Notes under the pieces: model-generated
The model's database searches: none
The model's input: the letters and a program-made list of their open reading frames with translations, nothing else
What the model was told of the DNA's origin: nothing
Shown: positions 1 to 13,312 of the stretch, in pieces
Layout: the number at the start of each line of letters is the position of its first letter
Position numbering within the stretch: position 1 is the first letter of the stretch
Made by a program: the position numbers and the translations under genes
Assembly: GCA_000004695.1 (NCBI GenBank)
Contig: CM000153.2
Coordinates: 3,392,001 to 3,456,000, forward strand
Reading direction: 5' to 3'
Length of the DNA stretch: 64,000 nt
DNA from: Dictyostelium discoideum
Taxonomy: Eukaryota

Positions 1-108
1 ATGGGGTTACCATCATTGAATAGTTGTCATCCATGTCCACCACCACGTCCAATTTGTCGTCCATGTCCACCACCACCATGTCGTCCAGTACCAAGATGTC
101 ATCATTAA
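1..108 (+). CDS. 3' terminal part (partial at window edge) of a small Cys/Pro-rich protein; paralog of the two complete copies at 571-861(-) and 1304-1774(+)
   Basis: Frame 1 is open from nt 1: ...[29 protein letters not shown], then TAA at 106-108. High nucleotide similarity to 1690-1774 and to the reverse complement of 571-660. Confidence 0.5.
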   Translation: MGLPSLNSCHPCPPPRPICRPCPPPPCRPVPRCHH

Positions 109-570
109 AGTTTAAAATTAATAAATAGATCTTTAATATGTTTGGAATTTAAATAAATAATTTTTCTTTTTAAAAAATATATTCAAACACATTGAATTTG
201 ATTTTAGAAAATTTACTACCAATAAAACTAATGATAATAAAATTCTTTTATTAACAAAATTTATTATTAAACAGAAATATAGAATGTATTAGTGATGCTC
301 AAAAAACTGATGATTTAAAATATGTTAGAGAATGGGTTTATTCCTTTGTGAATCAATGTCCAATACATAATCCAACAGTTTTTTTTTTTTTTTTTTTTTT
401 TTTAATCCTAGTCCTAATTTGGGATGTGCCATTGTGACCACTAAATCCATTTTCAATTTATTTCAACAAAGTTTGCAGGGTAAATTAAAAAATATAATAT
501 TTAAAAAAAATAAAATTGCATAGGAAATTTATTTTTAATGAAATTTTTTTATTTTTATTAAAAATCTATT

Positions 571-861
571 TTAATATTTATAATGGCATCTTGGTTCTGG
601 ACGGCATGGTGGACATGGACGACAAATTGGACGTGGTGGTGGACATGGATGACAACTATTCCAATGGTGGTAACCCCATCCCGATGTTTCATTTGAACCA
701 AATGAACCACTTGAACTACCAGTTTCAATTGATGAAACACTTGATTTCAAAGAACCAGTGCTTAATGATGATAATGATGCTAATTTTTATAAATTATTTA
801 TTAATAAAAAAATAAATTTAAATTTTTTTTTTTTAGGAAAAAAACTTACAAAATAGGGTCA
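571..861 (-). CDS. Small (73 aa) Ser-rich N-terminus / Cys-Pro-rich C-terminus protein, 2 exons: join(861..849, 779..571)
   Basis: Exon 1 is ATGACCCTATTTT followed by GTAAGT (rc of acttac at 843-848). Acceptor AG is rc of ct at 780-781; exon 2 is in phase. Product [73 protein letters not shown]. Same architecture as the 1304-1774 copy. Confidence 0.55.
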
Positions 862-1140
862 TTTTAAAATTTTAATAGTTTCTTGTTTAAAAATTAGAGT
901 TTGATTTAATATTTTTTTTTTCTAATTTGGTTACAATTTATAGTTTTTTTTTTCTGAAAAAAAGAATAAAAAAACAAATAATTTTTTAATTTTATTTTTA
1001 AAATCATACTTTTTGTTTTTTCATTTCTATTTTTTTTTATATCAAAAAACTTAAACTCCCCCCCATTATATTTTTCTATTTGACTTGTTATATTATTTAT
1101 TCATAAATGATTACTTGTTATATTAATTATTATTATAAAT

Positions 1141-1186
1141 GGGGCCTTTGGATTTTGAAATATCAAGAATTCTTAAAATAAAAAAG

Positions 1187-1190
<4 letters not shown>
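1141..1190. repeat. 50-bp element GGGGCCTTTGGATTTTGAAATATCAAGAATTCTTAAAATAAAAAAGTCTT followed by poly(A); second copy at 2722-2771
   Basis: Near-identical 50-mer at two places (1 mismatch). Each lies 60-115 bp upstream of an ATG: 1304 for the small Cys/Pro gene, 2833 for the SDR pseudogene. Confidence 0.6.
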
Positions 1191-1229
<39 letters not shown>

Positions 1230-1303
1230 ATTCATAAAATTAAAAAACTATAAAAACAAAAAATCAATTTTTAAAATATTAATTATAAATCAAAAAAAAA
1301 AGC

Positions 1304-1774
1304 ATGAGTATTTTCAGTAAGTATAATTTTTTTAGAAATATTGTAAAACTCAGTAAAATTTGTCATAAATATTTTTAAAAATAATAATAAATAATTAATT
1401 ATAATTATTCCTACAAAATAAATGTTTTAATAATTAAACCACTTTGTTGATCCCCCTAACATGGTGAATTTCTTAATTTCGAAATTTTTGCTCAAATTTT
1501 CCTGTATTTTACAATATTTAAATAAATAAAATAAACTAAATTTAAACCCTTTTTTTAAATAAATATAGGTTCATTATCATCATTATCCACTGGTTCTTTG
1601 AAATCAAGTGTTTCTTCAATTGAAAACGGTAGCTCAAGTGGTTCATTTGGTTCAAATGAAACATCTGGATGGGGTCAACACCACTGGAATAGTTGTCATC
1701 CATGTCCACCACCACGTCCAATTTGTCGTCCATGTCCACCATGCCGTCCTGAACCAAGATGTCATCGTTATTAA
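1304..1774 (+). CDS. Small (72 aa) Cys/Pro-rich protein paralog, 2 exons: join(1304..1316, 1569..1774)
   Basis: ATGAGTATTTTCA then GTAAGTAT donor at 1317; intron to acceptor ...aaatatag (1567-1568); phase-1 junction. Product [72 protein letters not shown], stop TAA 1772-1774. The ORF-track entry 1608..1874 is the wrong frame of the same exon. Confidence 0.55.
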
Positions 1775-1940
1775 ATTTAATAAAGTTTTAAAAATAAATT
1801 TAACCTTTAAAAAAAAAAAGGTATTTTTAGAAAATTGGAAAAGTAGTATTAAAAATTTTTATTGTGTTTGTTAGAGAAAAAAAAATAGTATAAAATACTA
1901 ATAACCAAACAAAAAACAAATGTTTTTAAATATATTTAAA

Positions 1941-2600
1941 TTATTTTGAATTAAAGTCATAGTAAGAAACTTCACCATCAGAAAAACCAGCTAACATTGT
2001 TTCATCATCTATTGATAAACATTCTACGGGTGATAAATTATTAATGGTAGTTAAAAGGTTTGGTTCATTACTACCCTCTAAATTCCATAAACAAATTGAA
2101 TCTTCATCCCTTGTACACATACGTAAATTATTATAGATACTTATTGCTTTAACCTTTGAGGAATGAGATTTTATATTGTGGATGGCAGAACTTGGATTTC
2201 TGATATCCCACATTCTAATGGTCTTATCGCTTGAACCTGTAATCAATTGATAATCATTTAAAAAGTTGAGACAATTAACTGAACCTTTGTGACCATTGAG
2301 AACCAATTCAGTTTTATTTGAGTCTATATCCCATAGCTTAACAGTTTTATAAGTACATGCAATCATACAAAAGTTTTCAAACCTTCCAATTAAAATGATT
2401 AATTTTGGTGTTTTCAATTTCTATCATTTGCAATTCCTGTTCAGTTTCGCTATCATATAGCTTTACGGTATTACTTTCATAAGAGTAAATATCTCTTTTC
2501 ATGAAAATGAAACCATTAGAAACGTAGAGAAAACGTTGTTCTTTTTCAATTTCTTTGTAGCGATATTGTAATGTTGAATTGCACGATTTGAACAACCCAA
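1941..2600 (-). pseudogene. WD40-repeat protein gene fragment, broken into three overlapping frames (probable pseudogene or gene with unresolved very short introns)
   Basis: ORF 1941..2417 encodes WD repeats (TVKLWDI, GHKGSVNCLNF, SDKTIRMWDI, ICLWNL). Upstream continuation (YDSETEQELQMIEIENTKIN) is in a different frame, overlapping at 2377-2417. A 46-bp GTTTGA..AG intron could join them but is shorter and less canonical than other introns here. No credible start codon. Confidence 0.4.
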
Positions 2601-2707
2601 TCTAATGATACCATGCATAAATAAACAATATGAGAATATCTGTTGAAAGTTTAGTAAAATTATCCGTTTCAAATGAAATAACTGAACTTGCACCACATCT
2701 AGTTTAT

Positions 2708-2771
2708 GGGGGGGGGGGGGGGGGGCCTTTGGATTTTGAATTATCAAGAATTCTTAAAATAAAAAAGTCTT
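2708..2771. repeat. G18 homopolymer (2708-2725) fused to the second copy of the 50-bp element (2722-2771)
   Basis: 18 consecutive G, extremely atypical for this genome, immediately followed by CCTTTGGATTTTGAATTATCAAGAATTCTTAAAATAAAAAAGTCTT and poly(A). Confidence 0.6.
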
Positions 2772-2832
2772 AAAAAAAAAAAAAAAAAAATAAAAAAAAA
2801 ATTTAAATAAATAAATAAAAAAAAAAATTAAA

Positions 2833-3359
2833 ATGAATTCAATTGAAAATAAAAATAATAAAATTTGGTTAACCACTGGAACATCAGGTGGTAGAAATCA
2901 AAAATCAGGTTTAATAATTAACATTTCCTCCCAAATGGGTTGGGATAATACGCAAAATTTTTCAGCCTACAGTTCAACATAACACGTAGTTAATGCAATT
3001 ACATTATCAGCACAAAAAGAGTTAAACCATTTGGTGTAAATGTAATTTTAGTTAGTCCAGGTTGATTTAAAACTAGTTTCGTAGCTGGTCAACAATCAAA
3101 CTTTCAAGTACCTTCTAAATTAATTGATGAATATTCAACTCAATCATTCATTGATATGTTTAATAAATATTCAACATATTCAAAAGGTCATCCTGAAAAA
3201 GCAGCTGAACTCTTAATTAAATTACCAACAATCGAACAATTACCAAATAATTTATTCATTGGTTCTGGTTCATTATCAGCTGGTAAACAACAATTACAAT
3301 CACATTTATTAGAACCTGAAAAATGGTCTGAAATTTCAATTTCAGCTGGTTATTAAAAA
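2833..3359 (+). pseudogene. Short-chain dehydrogenase/reductase (SDR) pseudogene
   Basis: Starts MNSIENKNNKIWLTTGTSGG (remnant of the TGxxxGxG NAD(P)-binding motif), then jumps straight to the NISS motif, so ~100 codons are deleted. The catalytic motif reads SAYSST*HAVN with TAA where the conserved Lys codon should be. Downstream there is a 1-bp deletion in NHLGVNVILVSPGW and a TGG->TGA change. Only the C-terminal 66 codons (3156-3356) remain open. Confidence 0.6.
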
Positions 3360-3493
3360 TAAAAATCAAATAAAAATAAATAAACTTTTTTTTTTATTTT
3401 TTTATTTTTTTTTTGTAAATAAATAAAAAATAAAATAATAAATTTGGGAAATTCAAAATTTCGTTCGTTTTTCTTTTTCTATTTTTATTATTT

Positions 3494-3531
<38 letters not shown>

Positions 3532-3636
3532 TAATTTTAAAACGCACAACTGAGCGATTAAATTTTTTTTTTTTTTTTTTTTTTTTTTCCCAAACGCTAA
3601 CTGAAAACATTAGCACTAAATAATAATAAAAAGATT

Positions 3637-4818
3637 ATGTATGAGACAGAAGAAGACCCAACTACATCAAATGTAGCAACAACAAATAATGAAAAAACAG
3701 CATCAACAGCAGCAACAACAACAGAACCAGTTAAAAAAGTAACAGAATTTATGAGAGTTCAAAGATTATTTAGACAAGTTACAAAATCAGCAAATGGAAA
3801 GAATATACCTAAAGAAAAAAGAGAACCAATTGATTATTCACCAGTTTTAGATTTTCATAATTTAGAGAATAATACAGAAGAGAATAAAAAGTTAATAATT
3901 GATTGTACATCAAATGTAACGACCCATGATTTTGAATTCAATAGGGATACAGAGTTTTATTTACATCCAAGAGAATGGAAAGTTTATGGGTTACAAGGTT
4001 ATCCAGGATTTTATTTCATTAAATCACCATTTACAGCATCACAACAAAAGAAATGGATTAAACATGCATTAGAAGATTATGCAGATCCACCAAATAATAA
4101 CAATATCACCTTATTCCATGGTCCAATAAAGAATCTTTGGAAAAATGGTGAAAAAGAATTAATCAATGAAGAATTAAAGAGTCAAGGTAAACATGATGAT
4201 GATGAAATTGAACAACCAACAAGACCATTAGATAAAAATGGTGAACCATTACCAACCTATCGTCAACTTTTAGATAAATTAGCTTGGTCAACATTGGGTT
4301 ACCAATATCAATGGACACCAAGATTATATAGTGAGGAATTCTATGAGGAATTCCCTGACGATCTTCAAGAATTGGTTCAAAAGATTGCAATTGCAACTAA
4401 ATTCGATCCATATGTTGCAGAGGCCGCAACCGTTAATTTCTACTCTGAAGATTCAATTATGGGTGGTCATTTAGATGATGCCGAACAAGAAATGGAGAAA
4501 CCAATCATTTCAATTAGTTTCGGTAGTACTGCCGTATTTTTAATGGGTGCTGAAACTAGAGATATCGCTCCAGTTCCTCTATTCATTCGTAGTGGTGATA
4601 TAGTGATTATGGGTGGTAGATCAAGATATTGTTATCATGGTGTGGCTAAAATTGTTGAAAATTCTTTTGATCTTGGTTTAATCGATGAAAATGATGATCA
4701 AGATTTAAAATATAAAATTCAATGGTTAAAAGAAAAAAATAGAAGAGTTAATATAAATACAAGACAAGTTTTTAAAGTTCCAAAATTAGGTGGTAAATTA
4801 ATTAATAAAAATGAATAA
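3637..4818 (+). CDS. AlkB-family Fe(II)/2-oxoglutarate dioxygenase, ALKBH1-like (nucleic-acid demethylase)
   Basis: Single 393-aa ORF with real ATG. Conserved block [17 protein letters not shown]...[16 protein letters not shown]...[19 protein letters not shown] carries the HxD...H iron-binding triad and the Arg pair typical of AlkB/ALKBH1. Confidence 0.7.
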
Positions 4819-4933
4819 TAATTATTTAATAATTTTAAATTTATAATAAATTATTTTTGTATATTTATTATTTATATTTATTTGTTTAGAAAAAAAAAAA
4901 AAAAAAAAAAAATTTATAATTCTTTTTTATTAT

Positions 4934-6208
<1,275 letters not shown>

Positions 6209-6559
6209 TTTTTTTTATTTTATTATTTAATCAAAAATGAAAAAAGTTATTCGTTTTTTTTTTTTATGAATGAAAAAAAAAAACCTTTTTTTTTTTTTCA
6301 AATAAAATTTAATTTTAAATTTTTTTAAATTGTTATGCAATGGAAATTTTAAAAAAGTTATATATTTAATATGTATGGATTTAATTTTATTTTATTTTAT
6401 TTTTTTGGGAAAATTATTTTAAATCTAATTTCCAAAAAAATAATTAATTAAATATCACTAAAAAATGAGTTAGTTAAATAATTTTATTTATATAAAATTT
6501 TTTTATTTAATTTTTATTTATTATTTTTTTTTTATTTTTTTATTTTTTTTATTTTTAGT

Positions 6560-7972
6560 TTAATTTAATAATTTAATTGAACTTTCTCTAACTAATTGTA
6601 AGATTTCTTGTAATTCTTTTTTAGAGAAAATTGAATACCATCTGAATCTTTCATTTGCAATTTGATTGCATAATTGTGAACTCTTTTGAATTGAACCTAT
6701 ACCAACTAAAATTGTATATAATGATTTGAAAAGTGAAGGAATACATTTCTTTCTAATTAAAGTGACTTCATGACCACTTTGATCATCTTCACTGAATAGA
6801 CCAATTTGATTCTCCAAAGGACATAACCAACCAGTTTTAATGATAGAACGAATTGAAACGATAGCTTCTTTACCAAAGTTTATATTATTTTGATTCCATT
6901 GACCATAAACATCATCATATTCTTTCTTTCTTCTTTCAATATCTAATTTTTCAGCATATGATTCATTACCTCTTAATCTAAATGCAATTGATGAATTAAT
7001 TATTGAATTATTTATAATATTATTAAAACTATTATTATTATTATTTATATAATTATTATTATTATTTAAAGATTGTGGTAAATAATTTGAAATTTTTGGT
7101 TGATTTGAATAATTTTGTAACCAAAGATTAATACGAATATTTGCAGTTATATAATTTTCCCAATCTCTAAATTCTTTAATGATATTATTGGTATCGGATT
7201 CATTTAATGGACTTTGTTGTTTTGCAATCATTACAATATCTTTTGGTAATGATTTTAATAATTCACTTGCAGCACCATACTTATTCAAAGAGATGAAATC
7301 ACGAAGTAATAAATTCGATTGAAGTATTGCTTTAATTAATAATTGTTTTTCAAAGCATAACCATTGGATTGAATTAATTTTAACTAAATCATCTTGTGTT
7401 GTTATACTACTATCTTGATTAATAATTGTATTTGTTAAATTTGGTGTTGTGGTAGTGTTGGTGTTAGTAGTAGTTTCAGTTGTTGATGCTTTAGTAGTGG
7501 TAGTTGATTTATTCTTTGGTTGTTTATTTTTATTAATAGTTGTTGCAAATCCAGTGAATTCTAAATTTTCAAAAGAATTTGAAGTTGTATTAATTGAACC
7601 AGAAGTAATAGTTTTAACAACGGATTGAGCAATCTCTTGAGTATTTAAACCAAACTTTTCAGCCAATACTAATAATTGTTGTCTTTGATTTGGATCAATA
7701 ATATTAACTAAAAATCTAGAATAAACATCAACTTGTAATGATTCATTATTTAATAATGATGTATACAATGCAACCAATTCATATTGTTGACTATTAATTA
7801 AATGTTGAACATATTCATTGATAACTATATTCTCTGGACAATCTTCACTTGTTGATATTAATTCATATTGTTCTCTCTTTCTAAAAAATAAAATTAATAA
7901 TACTGCAAATCTATTAAATTCTGGTGTTTTATTTCTTTTTTTAAATAAAAAAAAAAAAAAAAAAAGAGTTAA

Positions 7973-8051
<79 letters not shown>

Positions 8052-9875
8052 AAACTTACTTTAATAATAAATTTGGTAATGAATTAAATAAAATTGAATA
8101 ATCATCAGCAATTATTAATTCTTGAATTTGATGATAAGGATTTTCAGATTGATTTTTAATTTCAATTTGAGAGGTATTATTTTTTAAAATTTCCAAGATA
8201 TCTTTTGGTGTATTAATTTGAGAGATACAAGTTGAAGGTGGTGAATCGATATCTTCTTCAATGGATAGAGGTGATCTGTAAGGTTTTAATTCACGATATA
8301 AAGATTCATCGTAGAGTACACGAAGATAACACCAAAAGTAGTCATACCAATTCTTTTGAATTGGTAGAGTTGCCTCTAAATTACCACATAACAGACCATA
8401 GATTGCACGTTCATATTGATCATTTGAATTCTTTGAGATGTTTAAACAATTGGATTTCCAGAGGTTGAAATAAGGATTACCAATACTATGCTCACCTTGA
8501 TAATAGTTCAACCCAATCAAAGTTTGTGCTCTCCAAAATTGGCCTACATTTGTGCAATATTCAGCAGCACCCACTCTATCACCAGCTCTAAGGAAACTCC
8601 AAACGGTTTTCAAGAATCTCGATTGATTCTTTTCATCATCTTTATCGATTGGTTTATTTTGACGCGACATTGCATCTGGGTCCAACTCTGACACCATTTG
8701 ATTATTGGTTAGCATTGTGATGGAATTGGATTTCTTTAATTTGATTAATGTGTACTCCCAAAATACTGCATCATTATCATTGAGTTCAACTTGTGATGAC
8801 ATCTCTTCTAACCATTCTAAAAGTATTAAATTCTCACGTAATTTATGATCTTTTTTAATTAAATAATTGTAAACTTGAACTTGATTAGGTTGAGAGATAT
8901 CAATCTTTTCCTTTTGATCAATACTTCTTTGTATATCCCTATACTCATAAAGTTTCTTTAAAATTGACCATGTATCTTTCTCCATTTGATAATTCTTTAA
9001 TTGTTGTTCTTTTTGTTTTCTATTATTTTGCATGTAAAATAATTTATTACTTTCATCATCATTTATTGAATTAATTCTATATATATATATATTTAAAATA
9101 GAGATATATTAGTTTTTTTTTTTTTTTTATATCTATCTATCTTCCTATATATTTATCTGTCTAACCCTCTTTCTTTCTCTCTCTCTATATATATATATAT
9201 ATAATGTAACTTACTTTGCTTGAGATAATTTTAAAAATGTATCAGATAATTCTATTGGTATTAAATGAGGATCATCATTTAATTTTGGTTGTAATTCATA
9301 TTCTAATGTATTATGATAAATGGTATCATCAGTTCTACTCTTATCATTAAATATATTATTGAATTGATTTTCATCTTCTTCCATTTCCATTTGATTATTT
9401 TGTAATTGTTGATTATCCATTTCAAACTCTTGTTCATTATTATTATTATCATTATCATTATTAACTTCCATATTATTATTGTTATTATTAATAGTATTAC
9501 CAAACAATGAATTACCAAATTGATTATTATTATTATTATTATTATTAAAATTAATTTGTGTATTTCCAAATATTCCTCCATCTCCTTTAACCAATGTATT
9601 ATTATTATTCATATTATTATTATTATTTACAATACCACTAAATTCATCTTCATTGTTATCATCTGGTAAAATACCTATAAATAAATAAAAAAAAAAAAAA
9701 AGTTTATTTTAAATTAGTTTTAGAGTAAAGGGGGAAATTATTATTATTATATATGCCTTGAAAACTTACTAAAGTCGAATTTATTATTATTATTAAATGG
9801 TTGTGTACTAAAAAAGTCATCATTATTGTTACTATTTAGGTTATTACCTAAATTCCATTTAAAATTTTCTGACAT
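6560..9875 (-). CDS. Nuclear pore complex protein, Nup107/Nup84 family, 4 exons: join(9875..9770, 9674..9215, 9076..8060, 7880..6560), ~967 aa
   Basis: Exon 3 contains the Nup107 signature SFLRAGDRVGAAEYCTNVGQFWRAQTLIGLNYYQ...GNPYFNLWKSNC. Exon 1 (MSENFKWNL...) ends at a GTAAGT donor (rc acttac 9764-9769). Exon 2 (rc of ORF 9211..9612 extended upstream) encodes an N/Q-rich, FG-containing N-terminus (GGIFGNT, NQFGNSLFGNT) and ends at GTAAGT (rc 9208-9214). Intron 2 is 9077-9214, with acceptor tatag. Intron 3 is 7881-8059, with donor rc acttac at 8054-8059, and contains an (AAAT)n repeat. All junctions keep frame with the ORF-track pieces 8056..9033 and 6560..7777. Confidence 0.55.
7971..8053. 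repeat. (AAAT)n microsatellite inside intron 3 of the nucleoporin gene
   Basis: About 20 tandem AAAT units. Confidence 0.85.
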
Positions 9876-9953
9876 TTTTATAGTTTTGTTTGATGAATAC
9901 CACACGTTTTCTTGAAACGATTGTGTCTATTATTCTTAAACGATGATCATCAA

Positions 9954-10006
<53 letters not shown>

Positions 10007-10162
10007 AAAATTTCATGAATGCTTTTTTCAAATTTTTTTTTTTTTATTTTTATTTTTTTTAAATTCCAATTATTATTTTTTTTTTTTTGCAACCAAATAT
10101 GGTTTTATTCCCGATAATTATTGAGATCCTGAAATCCTGAAATCCAAAACATTTTTTATTAA

Positions 10163-10308
<146 letters not shown>

Positions 10309-10387
10309 AGAATTTGATTTAATAATATTCTAAAATTTTTTATTTTTTCTTTATTTTTATACAAAAATCCAAAAAAAAAAAAAAAAA

Positions 10388-10511
10388 TTAAGAATTTTGT
10401 AATCTATTTCTATGAAGTTTGAGTTGTTGTGAAAGTTGTAAATCAATTGATTTTTGTTGTTCAATTTCTTGTTGTTCTATAGTTAAATTTGGATTAATTT
10501 GGTCTAATTCT

Positions 10512-10549
<38 letters not shown>

Positions 10550-13235
10550 TTCATCATTGCTTCCATCTATATAATAGAATTTATTAATCTTTTCTCTGCA
10601 AAAGAAGCAAGTATTCTTTGTTAATAAATGAAGGATAATACAATGATGACAAGATCTATGGTTACATGGTAAGAATTCAGTATCTTCTGTCGATGAATAG
10701 CAAATAGTACACATTTGTTCCTCTTCATCAGTGGTTATGATTTTATTTTTATTCTCTTTCTCTTCTTCATCATTTAAACGATTGATTGATTTAAAGAATT
10801 CTATTAATCTTTCCCTTACAATTGGATTCAAAACTTTGTCACTTTCAACTATATTTTTATTATTGCTTAATGAAGATGATGAAGAAGATGAGGATGAAGA
10901 TGATGAAGAAGATGAAGAAGATGAAGAAGATGAAGGCAATCGTAATGACGATGACGATGGATCATCGTTGTCTAAATTTTCAAGTAAGGTTATCATTAAC
11001 TCTCGGAAACTATCACTAATATCATCATTATTATCGTCATCGTCTTCATTTAATAGATTTAAAATTTCGTTTTCATTTTCATCTACATGTTCATCTACAT
11101 GTTCATTTCTTTCTAAAAGTTGTTGCTGTTGTTGTTGCTGTTGTTGAAGCTGCTGTTGTTGATGTCTTTGTCTTTGTTGATGAATTCGTTGTTGTTGTTG
11201 TGATTTTTTCTTTTCTTTTGGAAGTTGGTAGTTACTACCATTAAGTGGTAGTTCATCCAAAACTTTTAAAATTTCATCAAGTTCAATCTTTTTAATTGAT
11301 TTTGCGAACGAAAGTTTGGATTTTGGTTTATATTGACTGAAATAATAAATAGATGGTAATAACTTATAAAACAATTTAACAAATTTCATTTTTCCACCAT
11401 CTGAAACTAAACTAATCTTTTCGAATATATACAAATAAAATTGACCAGTTATCATTAAAAATGTTTCATCCTCTAAAATTGAATGTGCCATTTTTTTACT
11501 TAAATATGTCAATAACTTTTAAATAAAAAAAAAAAAAAAAATTAGTATTATTATTATTTTTATTAATAATTATTAATTATTAATTTATTATTAACATTTG
11601 TTATTATTTACTTACATGAATTAATTTTTTATTTTGTGGTATTTGTGCAAATAAACTTTTTAATAATTTTAATAAGTAAATTCCATGATCTTGAAATAAA
11701 TCTTCAATATAATTTAAAAATGGTGGTAAAGAAGCATCGAATAATATTGTGAAAATTGTTAAATCCCAAGTACCAAGATTGATGAATAAATCTTTAACCA
11801 TTGGTTGAAATGATGGTAAATTATGAACTAAAGCCAAAAAATTCTTTTTCTTTAAAAGTTCTGCAATTGCTAATAAAACCTTTTGTGAGACAGTTCTATC
11901 TACTATATGATTATTTGCACGAAACAATAAAGAGATAAAAGTAATAGTAGTTCTTAAATTGCTTGGATTTGTAAGTAACGATAAATCAGACACTGAAAAG
12001 TATGAAAACACTGAAATTGTAGTTGAAAAAAAGTGATCATAAATATAATTGAAATAATCCTTATTTGGATGTAAATACACTCTATTTAAAAATCTAACTA
12101 AAAATCTAAACATTAACCAAATATTATCTGTTGAAATCATCTCTTCACTAATCTCTTTTTTAAGTGATCTAAATCTTAATCCTTCAAAGCTTAATGCTTT
12201 CATTAATCGTTCCTAAAATTAATATATTAATTAGTATTATTATTTTATCTTTTTTTTTTTTTTTTTTTTTTATATTTATAAATACATACATGAGTTAAAC
12301 CCATAAAGAAATAATGTAATAAAGTTGTAGCATGAGAATCAATTTTTTCAAATTGTTTGCATATACTAATATCGAATAAATTGATTAGAATTTCCAATAA
12401 TGATAAAGTTTTATTATCAATTGTTTGATCTGTTGCTGCTGCTGCTGCTGTTGAGGAATCAATTAATGACGATGATGATTTAAAATTTGAAGTTTTTAAA
12501 AGATGAGAGAGTACACCACCTAATCTTTGTCTATTTGGTGAATCAAATTCTTTTGCAACTAAATAACTCATTGGTATTCGATCGACTTGTTTTTCATCTA
12601 AAAGGAATGGTTCTAAATATTCTGCCAACATATTGAAAAGACCAAATAAAAATGTGAATGGATATTCTTCATTTGGTTTACCACTTGCTTTGGATTTTTC
12701 ATGATTCAATTCTAAATTTACAATTCTAACTAACCAACTCTTTAATAGATCATATAAATCATTATCAAATAATGGATGCCCTTTACTTGTTAAACAAAAT
12801 TTAAGAATTTCTTTTTGAATTGATATTCTTTCTATATTGTTATCAAAATCTGATGTAGTTCTCTGTTTAAAAAAAAAAAAAAAAAAAAATTAGTAAATTA
12901 ATTTTTTTTTATTTTTTTTTTTTTTTTTATATGTATATACATACAACTTCTCTTGAAAAATTATCTTCGCTTACTAAAACTGATTCTCTTGAAAATATAT
13001 AATCTAAAATTAAAATATTATTATGATCTAATAAAAAGTATTGTAAAGTAACATTATTTTGTAAGAATCTAAAGAATAATTTTAATGGTTTAGTTGAAGA
13101 ATTTGGTGTTGGTCTACAATGTATTGTAATAGTTGAGAATATTTGCTTCATTAATGATATAAAAAGAGATTCCTAAAAATAAAAATAAAAAGTATTATTA
13201 TTATTTATTTTTCTAAAAATATCAAAATTTCCTAT

Positions 13236-13312
<77 letters not shown>

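Noticed and set aside
516-815. Plus-strand ORF 516..815 and minus ORF 558..740
   Set aside because: Antisense or wrong-frame of the minus-strand small Cys/Pro gene exon 2 (571-779).
10731-11147. Plus-strand ORFs 10731..11147 and 10822..11019 (poly-S / DEED repeats)
   Set aside because: They are the antisense of the acidic/poly-Ser region of the minus-strand RING gene; a shadow ORF.
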